Source of the DNA: Phaeosaccion multiseriatum
Taxonomy: Eukaryota; Protista; Ochrophyta, other classes
DNA length: 64,000 nt
NCBI GenBank assembly: GCA_965112735.1
Contig: OZ218951.1
Coordinates: 1,798,001 to 1,862,000 of the forward strand
Direction: 5' to 3'
Position numbers and translations under genes: made by a program. How positions within the stretch are numbered: the first letter of the stretch is position 1; every line of letters begins with the position of its first letter. The notes beneath the pieces were generated by a model. It searched no databases. It worked only from the letters and a program-made list of their open reading frames with translations, and had not been told where the DNA came from. Of this stretch, positions 11,682-20,900 are shown one piece after another.

Positions 11682-13413
11682 TCAGTCAAGCACGTCCACC
11701 ATGCCCCCCAGTCTCTTTTGGAAGATGATGGAATTGATGGCGCCTCTGAGTTTGCGGCGTGCATTGAAGAGTCTGAGCTGCTGAAGGTTTATGTGGAGGT
11801 TCCGCTTGGCCAGGTCCACGTCTTTGGTGAGCAGCCACGGGTGTTTAACGGCCTCCGCCGCGGTGATGCGCTTCTTCGCGTCTACCGTTAGCAACCGGCG
11901 GATAAGGTGTTTTGCTTCGTTGCTTATACGCCTCCAGTACTCCACATGGAACTGAGCGAGCGAGCGAGCGAGAGAGTGAACGGAGTCGGGCAATCGCAAA
12001 AGAAAGAAGGTGGGGGGGGGGCATGGGAAGCGACAAGGTCAATAGATAAGTGCATCCTCCGCTCTGGCGAGGCTCTCCCCTCGCCCTTTGATAAAGGATC
12101 CTCTTACAGCGACCAACCCGCCGGCCTCTTAACTACTCACCTTGAACACCCCCGACTTGATCTTACGAAAGAGGTTCCTCTGGTCCTCGTCGTGGAAGGG
12201 CATGTACCCTCCTAACAGCACATAGATGATCACCCCTGTGGCCCACATGTCCACAGCTGTTCCGTAACTCTCACCCTTGATAACCTCTGGAGCGAGATAT
12301 AGTGGAGTACCACAGGGACGGCTCAGCTGTCCTTTCGCGACAGAGGAAGCGAATCCGAAGTCCCCAACCTTAATATTGGCATCGTCGCTCTCACTACTCA
12401 GCAGCAAGTTCTCGGGCTTGAGGTCCCGGTGGACGATGTCCTTCTCGTGGAGGTAACGGATCGCGTGCAAAAGGATTCGGCAGAGATCTCGGGCCTCCTT
12501 CTCGTTGTAGAAGGTCTTTTTCACGATGCGGTCGAAGAGCTCTCCTCCTTTCATGTACTCCTCCACCACGTAGATATACTGCAGGCAGGAGGGAAAAGCG
12601 AGGGTCCGAGCGTGGTTCAGAGCGACGTTCAGAGCGAGGGTCAGAGCGAAGGTCAGAGCGACGTTCAGAGCGAGGGTCAGAGCGAAGGTCAGAGCGACGC
12701 TCCGAGCGACGGTTCGCGCAACAGTCGGCAACTGGCTTAGGCCTTTCCCTCTTACCTCGGGATCTTCTCGATAGATCTGAAAGACACTCACGATGTTTGG
12801 GTGTTGAAGCCCGCGCATTACCTCGACTTCTGCTGAAGCAGCGGTGGACGCAACAATTTCATAAGGAGGTAGCGATAGAGAGAGAAAGAGACCAAAGTTT
12901 AGAGAGAGAGACCGAAGCTTTGAGATAGGCGGAACGAAGAGCGCGAGTCGCGTATCGCGGAGATAGCATGGACTGCAAGCGAACGTAGGCATATCAGCTA
13001 CACTTTAGAGACCGAGGGGGCACAAGGATTGCTTGTGCCCCTTCTTGAGGAGGCCCTTCACTTCTGTCAGGACCACAACGCGACTCTTCGCGACTCTTCG
13101 CACCTGAGAAGAGGTCTTTACTCTCGTCACCCGACGGCACCTCGCTCCTCTTGGTGCACTTGACGGCGTAATATTCTCCCGTCTCCTTCATCTTGGCCTT
13201 CCGTACTATGGTAAACGCCCCCTTCCCGATCTCGCTCCCCATCCAGTAGTGCCGATCAAACTCTTGACCTTCAAAGCCCAGCACCGTGGTCGGGTCCAGC
13301 CCGCCCTTCGCCTCCTCATCGAACGTGCTACTCCCCACGCTACTTCCACTACTATCAATGCTCGGACACTCATTGCAGGGAGAGCCACATAGCGTTGTAA
13401 AAGTCTGTCCCAT
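11682..13413 (-). CDS. Ca2+/calmodulin-dependent protein kinase-like, copy 1
   Basis: MGQTFTTLC start; IGKGAFTIV, YAVK, HRDLKPEN, DFG, APE, DMWATG; regulatory segment LRLFNARRKLRGAI. Multi-exon. Confidence 0.93.
12597..12712. repeat. Intronic 12-bp tandem minisatellite (CAGAGCGA + 4 variable nt)
   Basis: Units such as cagagcgacgtt, cagagcgagggt and cagagcgaaggt repeat about 9 times in an intron of CaMK copy 1. Confidence 0.85.
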
Positions 13414-13619
13414 TTTGTCGGTGAACTAGATCTTCCCCAAGACGGTGTGTACCTGCGGGGCGTGGACAGCGGCCGTGGACAGCGAGAGAGAGGAGGGAGA
13501 GAAAAAAGGGCGCTTATTGACTTACCCGCGTTCTGTATTCTAAGAGCACAGTTCGATCATCATGCCTAGATCGAACATGCGCAAAATGTCGAGGCTTGTG
13601 TGTCTGCCATACATATCCA

Positions 13620-15507
13620 ATGGGCCACACTGTTGCGACTCTGTGTGGCTCTCCCGACACGAAGAGTCCGAGGAATAGTGCCGGTGGCATGGACAGTAGC
13701 ACGGGCGATGAGCTGACGAATAGGAGGAGCGACCCGACCTCTCTCCTCGGCTTTGAGGGTCATGAGTTTGGTCGGTATTTCCAGATGGGGGCCGAGATCG
13801 GGAAGGGGGCTTTCTCGGTCGTGCGCAAGGCGAGAATGAAGGAGACTGGGGAGGACTACGCTGTCAAGTGCATCAGACGACGAGACTTGCCGTCGGGCGG
13901 CGATACGAATGACCTTCTCACAGGTGCGTCGACGTGAGCGAGTCGCATCAATGGTCAGACTTGCGCGCGCAGGCGAAACGGCGGCTTCGGCCTTCTGCTT
14001 GCCTAGTATGCCTGCCTTCTCTTCCTCAGTTGGCGCTACTCACTCTCATCATGCTGCTCCTCTTGACCTTTCAAACCTTCCTTGCGGCCTTGCCTTCAGG
14101 GATCGAGGCCTTACGTAGTGTATCGCATCCAAACATCGTGCGCGTCTATCAGCTCTACCGAGACGACCCTGAGGTAAGAGCAGGGCTGGTCTGTGAGACA
14201 CCATCGCTGACGGCTATCGCATCTATCTCTACCGATGAAAACTCTTCTCCCTCAGCAAGTGTTTGCCTTACTCATCTTCGCATAACAAAGGCAAAGCATT
14301 GTGACATCGCTCCCTCACTCTCGTGTCCGTCGGTCCCTCCTGCCCGCAGAACATTTATGTGGTGGAGGAGCTCATGAAGGGAGGAGACCTCTTCGAACGC
14401 ATCAAGAGAAAGTCCTTTTACAAAGAAGACGAGGCCAGAGATCTCTGCCGACTCCTCCTTCATGCCATATCCTACTGCCACCGAAAGGGTATGTCCGCGT
14501 GTGAGCCAGGGCATTGATGCTCCACTCTGATTCATGTACATCCTCCTTGAAGACTCTCTCACTTCCAATATTGTGGACCCATACACCTTCAGGTATTGTT
14601 CACCGTGACCTCAAGCCTGAGAATTTGCTGCTGAGCAGCGACAGTGACGACAGGTCGCTGAAGATCGGTGACTTCGGCTTCGCCCGCAGCTTGGATTGTG
14701 GCCCATTTACTGCTCCGTGCGGCAGCTATGGGTACCTTGCTCCGGGTGAGGTCCGTCAGGACACCGAGCGAGTCTGTGGTGTAGCACTCGCTCTAACCCC
14801 CTTTGGTTCTTTCGACATATCTACAGAGATAATCGAGGGTAAGCCGTACGGAGCAGCCGTGGACATGTGGGCCATTGGGGTCATCATGTACACTATCATA
14901 GGAGGGTATATGCCCTTCCACGATGAGAACGACGCTCGGGTACTATTGAGAATCAAATCGGGGCAGTTCAAGGTAAGGAAGGTGCCCACGCCAAGTGCCA
15001 AGCGAAGGAGGCCCTCACCTCTACTGCTCCTCCTCTCCACATCAACAAAAGTGCTGCCTCTAAGTCCCCTTTTACTACTTGTCATCTTGTTATCAAACCG
15101 CTTGACTTATCTCTTTGTTCTTCGCCTCACTCCCTTTTCCTCTCATGAACACGGCTGGATGCCATTCGCTCGTTCTCTCGCTCGCTCATCAGTTCCACGC
15201 CGAGTACTGGAGAGGCATTAGCAATGAAGCGAAGGATTTGATCCGCTCCCTGCTGACGGTGGACACGCGGAAGCGCATCACCGCCCAGCAGGCCGTTCTA
15301 CACCCGTGGCTGCGTAGCAAAGAGCGCAAACTGGACACTAGCCTGCACCATGTGCAGTCAGTCAGAGGCCTCAACAGCAGACGCATCTTGCGAGGAGCGA
15401 TACACTCCATCGTCTTTCAAGAGAGATTGGCTCGGGGTCTGGAGCAGGAGGGTGGGGAAGAGTCGCAGACATGCAAGCTGGCAGTGGAGAGGCCGCCATT
15501 CTACTAG
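13620..15507 (+). CDS. Ca2+/calmodulin-dependent protein kinase-like, copy 2 (diverged)
   Basis: MGHTVATLC start; IGKGAFSVV, YAVK, HRDLKPEN, DFG, APE (across an intron), DMWAIG; degenerate regulatory tail NSRRILRGAI. Confidence 0.92.
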
Positions 15508-15919
15508 AGATTCATTAGGCTAGCCACTGTTTGCGCAGGGCTCTAACCATATGCCTTTGCTTGCCCCCCCCCCCCCCCCTGGGTTTCTTTTCACCTATTT
15601 CTCCCCTTACGATCGTAGCACTCACCGGCCTACACCACCCCCTTGTAAATGTACATAATAACCGTAGCGTTCTTGATGGGCGAGCGACTCTCGGAGCTCT
15701 GGAGAGGTGGGCACAAAGGAAGGAGGGGTCGTGCTGAAGCGCCCTCCAAGACACAACTCACACGCTCTGTAGATACATGTTTCGTACATGTTAGATTTGA
15801 ACTAAATTGAGAGAGGGATTGGTTTAATCGAGGGGCATCATCACATCATTGCTGGGGTTAAAACTGTATTTATCCCAATGATCACATCCACCAACCCATC
15901 CTACTCAAAGCGAGTGCCC

Positions 15920-16848
15920 TCACTTGTCGCGGGGCGGGGCGAGGATGCGGAGCACCTCCTCTGTCTCCGCATCATGCTCGCACAGCGCGAGCAGCTCCCT
16001 CTGCAGCCCTTTGCGGGGCAGCAGCCGAGAGGAGCCCCGCAGCAGGGTCTGCACACGCGCCTGCAGCTGCTTACCCGCCTTCACAGCGGCGACGGCACAG
16101 CCAGTCGTACCACCGCCAGCCGTACCAGCCCTGCTCCTCCCTGATCCTGGCCCTGACCCTGACCCCCCACGTTCTGCCTGTTTTGCCTGGGCCTGATGGG
16201 CTCTCCCTCGCGCCACCGCTCCATCTGCAGCAGGAGCAGGAGGAGCAGTTGATGATACAGCCTCCAGCACGAGAGAGAAGGCTTTGTATCCCAACCAAAG
16301 CACTTCGGCGCGAGATAAGGCGCACTGGGCACCTACGGCACCCGCTCTTTGGGCAACCGTGTCTGCTACACCTGGTAGCTCGCTGGCTGCGGCTGTATCA
16401 CCAACTGCTGCTGCCGTTGCTGCGGCGGCGGCGAGGGCCTTTGTCCTCTTGTCCTGCCAGCGGCGTGTGCTCCTTTGGATCAGGCTGTATCCGTACTCCT
16501 GTTAACGAGGAGGGGGGGGGGGGCACAGAGGGCATGGGGAGGGAAGCAAGGCTCAGTCAAGGACAGGCACGTTCCTCACTCATGCTCGGCGGAGACCCAT
16601 TTCTAGACCCAATTCGGCCCACACGAGGCGCCATACATCAATTTCAATGGCTGCCGGTACGATCGACACAATTAGGGAAGGAGGGAGGGAGGGAGGGAGG
16701 GAGGGAGGGAGGGAGGGAGGAGGGAGACAGAGAGCGAGAGAGAGGAGAGAGAGAGGTTCAAGTGTATGGATATACACTCACCACTGCCTCTTGGATGCTT
16801 GTTGCGACCCAAGCGACATTTTCGCCAATGCCTCCTGGCGACCTGAGA

Positions 16849-16908
<60 letters not shown>

Positions 16909-17957
16909 ACAGCAGAAGCGTCGGCAAGACGAGACTAAGAGCCTGGCAAGGACGTATCTCGAGAAAGGGGAAAGCGATGAGAATCCCTCCCTCCCTCCGC
17001 TCTCAGCCCTCCCCGCCACCCTTGTGAGGGAGGCCATCAGTTTCAGTTTCAGGCCACCCACCTGTCCAAGAAGGCCACTGTCTTGGCCGCACAGAGCAGA
17101 AACATCTCCAAAACGTTTCGCCGTACAACGCTGAGACGGTTCAGACCGTTCAACCCTGGGCACAAGGGGGAGGTGCGGCTACGTGCACTGCTGCCGATGC
17201 CCCCCTCACCCCCCCCACCCTCCTCTCGTCCTCGGTCGACCCTCTCGCGCCGCCGTCGCTTGCTTCGAGGAGGAGCCCCTTCCTGCCGCCGCTGCTGCTG
17301 GTGCTGCGCTTGTCTCCCTCCTTCCCTCTTACCGTCCATAGCGGCGGCGGCGAACGGTAACGGCGAGACATCAACAGCAGCAGCACAACTCCGCCCCCCC
17401 CCCCCACTGCATGGTCCTGCTGCCCCAAGCCCGGCTCTGTATCCAGCATGAGAGCGTGGCAACAAGGAAGCAGAGCCCGCTTCATACTCGCTGCCATGGC
17501 CTGCCCCGAGCGCACGGCCGCCTCCACAGTCACCGTCTCCCCGGGGGGCTGCTTGCGGTACCGCTCGAAGTTCACCTTCACCTCACAAGAAGACGTGTCG
17601 ATGCGAAGCCCGCACCAGGGGAACGAAGAGCCCACGCAGCGCCGGAAGGTAGCGGTTGCCTTGCCGGTACTCTTCTCTCTGCCTTCACCACCATCTTCCT
17701 CCTCCCCCTCCTCCTGCCCCTGCTCATCCACTCTCAGATGGAAGTTGAGCAGCGTCTTAACGGGGTTAATGATGAGGCCGTAGGGCTCCGTGCGGCTGCG
17801 GTCGTGCATGACTCTCACGAAGCTCTCTGCGAGGCGCTTGTTCGTTGTGATGAAGAGGAAGTCATCGATGAGGCGTTTCAGTAGGAAGGGCGTCCCAGCG
17901 CCCTTGGCCTCCGCCAGCAGCTCTCCCAGCAGCTTGCGCTCCACCTTTCATTTGTGT

Positions 17958-17998
<41 letters not shown>

Positions 17999-20900
17999 GC
18001 GTGTTAGTTTGTGTGTGTGTGTGCGTGTGCGCGTTGAGAACACTCACTACTCGCTCACTCACTCAGTCTTTTTTCTTTTGTATATTGGTTAAGCAAATTT
18101 AGGACGTGTGGCAAAGCCAACACCTCCCGTCAAGCAGTCGAAACCCTAACCCTTGAAGCTAAGTGCTCACTCCTTTACCCACCCACCCACCCACTCACTC
18201 ACCATGCCGTAGTACCAGTTACAGAGCATCGCGGAGAGCACTGAGCCTTGGGGAATGCCCTTCGCCTTCGAAAACAACAAACAAGTGTGTGTGTGTGGGT
18301 GTGTGGGCGCGCGTGTGTGTGTGAGTGGGTGTGTGGGTGTGGGTGTGGGTGTGTGAGGCCAATGGGAAGGAAAGCAGAAGCAGAGGCATATGGGCAGCCA
18401 TACGGACAGGAAGACAGAGGCACATGAACAGGCATATGGACAGAAACATAGAGGCAAGGCCTGTGGACGGGACCGATAGACGCACCTGATGGAAGAACGC
18501 CGCCTTCCCCGGCCCGGCCCCGCTCGGAACCTGCACGACGTGCTGCAGCAAGTGGTGAGACATGAGCGATAGAGCCTCCTGTGAAGATATCACAGAGTGA
18601 ACCACACCTAAAAGGGTTGGGGTGTGAATGAGGGTGTGAGTGTGTGTGTGAGAGAGAGAGAGAGAGTGAGTGAGGGAGACGAAGGGAGAGTGAGAGAGAC
18701 AGTGATTGTGTGAGGAAGAAGGAGAGAGGGAGAGAGAAACAAGAGAGAAGGGAGGGACAAGAGGCCGGGGTCGCTCACGGAACGAGGGCAACATGACAGG
18801 ATGGGGTGACAGGGATTCATGAATGTATCAGGCAAACAAAGGCGGCAACACACCACGAAGGAAGGATGGGCGTATGAGCCTATCCTTCCTCCCTCCCTCC
18901 CTCCCTCCCCCCCCCCTCCCTCATGTTGCCTGCCGCACCGTCGCAGTAGATCGCCTCTGAGCCGCTCTGCGCCATCTTCTCCGCTCGAGAAGCGAATTGG
19001 CTCATGTCCCCCACAGGACACGCCTGATTGATGCCAGGAAGGAAGCGAGGTAGGGAGGGAGGGAGGGAGGGAGGGAGGGAGGAAGGAAGGAAGGAAGGAA
19101 GGAAGGAAGGAAGGAAGGAAGGAAGGAAGGAAGGAAGGAAGGAAGGAAGGAAGCGAGCAAGTTGAGCCCCATGCTCTTCGCCTGCAACGATGTTACTCGT
19201 TACTCTCATTCTCACGACCGAGTAAGCACTTTCACACACACGCACGCACCTCCTTTGTATAGTTGACTTGGACCTTCTTCTGAGAGCGGTAGGGGAAGAC
19301 GACGGCTTGCCGCTGGACGAGGTACTCCTAAGGCAAGGAGACATATAGAGCGACGAGGAGACGAGAGAGGAGGAAAGGCAGAGCAAGAGGAAGACAAGAA
19401 CAGTGAAACAGGGCCAGGGACAAAGACAGAGACGGAGAAACGAAACAGAGAAAGAGGCAGGCATAGAGTCAGAACCAGAGACACGAGCCCTCTCCTAACT
19501 CTCTCACCTCCTGTGTGAGCCCCTCCTGCAGGAGAGCGTTGAGGCGTGCCTGATCCACGCTGTCGTAGCAGTGCTTGATGTCCACACTCGCAAAGAAGAG
19601 CTCACCTCCCCATACCCCGTCCGAGGTGCATCCGTCTTCTGCCGCTGCAGCATTGCATGCTGAGTCGCTGGTTCCACTCACACCATCTTTCCCTTCATCT
19701 CCTCCCTGCACTTGTCCCCCAGAGGCAAGCTTCTCCTCCTCATCCTCTTGCTCTTGCTGCTGCTGATGGTGATGATGCTGCTGCTGCCCGTTCCCTCCCT
19801 CCTCCGCCTCTTCATTTCCCTTCAACTCCCTCTTTTGTTCCTCCTCCTGCTGCTGTTTCCGCTGCTGCTGCTGCTGCTGCTGCCTCCAAAGCGGACGCAG
19901 CTGGAAGCACACAAACGCCTTGAGCTTAACGAATATGTCATCCCTTCCAAACACTCCCGAGCCCACGAGCTCCGGCCTTCTCTGCGTTTCGAACCTCAAC
20001 ACACTCAGCAGCCCCGACAGGCGCATGTTCGTCGAAGGCAGCAGCCAGCCTTCCCGATTCCCGCCACCCCCACTGCCACCACCTCCACCACCACCGGCAC
20101 TTGTTGCATTGGAAGTGCAAGAGCTGACGGAGTTACTCCTCCTCCTCCTCTTGTTTGTGGCATTGGTATTGGCATTGGTATTGGCATTGGCACCCGTTGT
20201 TGCTCCACCGCCCGCACTCCCACTCGCACTTCCACTCCCACTCGTACTCGTGCGCGCACTCAAGCTGCTCGAGCGTCCCCGCAGCGTGCCGTGCCGAGGG
20301 GGAAGCCCAAGCCCCCCTCCTCCCACCCCTCCCTCTCTGCCACGCGCCGTCCCTCCTCCACCAAGGCTCAAGCTCCTCCTCCCGCCGAAGGAGGCCGCCG
20401 CGCCTCCTCCTGGTCCCTTTAGCAGCCCTTGCTGGTGCTGACTTGGGGTGCTGGCCCCTTTCCCGTCAGTCTTCGCAGAGCCCGGGCGCGGCGGGGTGCT
20501 GCTGCTCCTGCGCGGGTTGGTGACACCCGCTGCAGAATTGCCTGGCATGCTGCTACTGCTGCTGCTGCTGCTGCTACTAGTCCTCGTTCCAATGCCTCTT
20601 CCTCCCTTGACTTCTCTCCTCCTCTTGGAGAGATTCGTGATGGGGCGTGCCCCTGTGGCCTTGGGAATGAGCCGTATGCCGCCCACATCAAGCGGAGCTC
20701 CCTTGAAGATCGGCACGTGCTGCTGCATCACCACGTGCTGCTGCCGGTGCTGCTGCTGGAAGTCCTGCTGCCCTTCTGCCTCCCCCCCCCTTCCTCCGCC
20801 TCCTCCGCCTCCTCCTCCTGTCCCGCCCCTCACCGCTGCGAGTGAGTCAATGCGCTTGAACTGCCCGGAGCTGATGAGTCTCTCCAGAGCAGCGGTCCTG

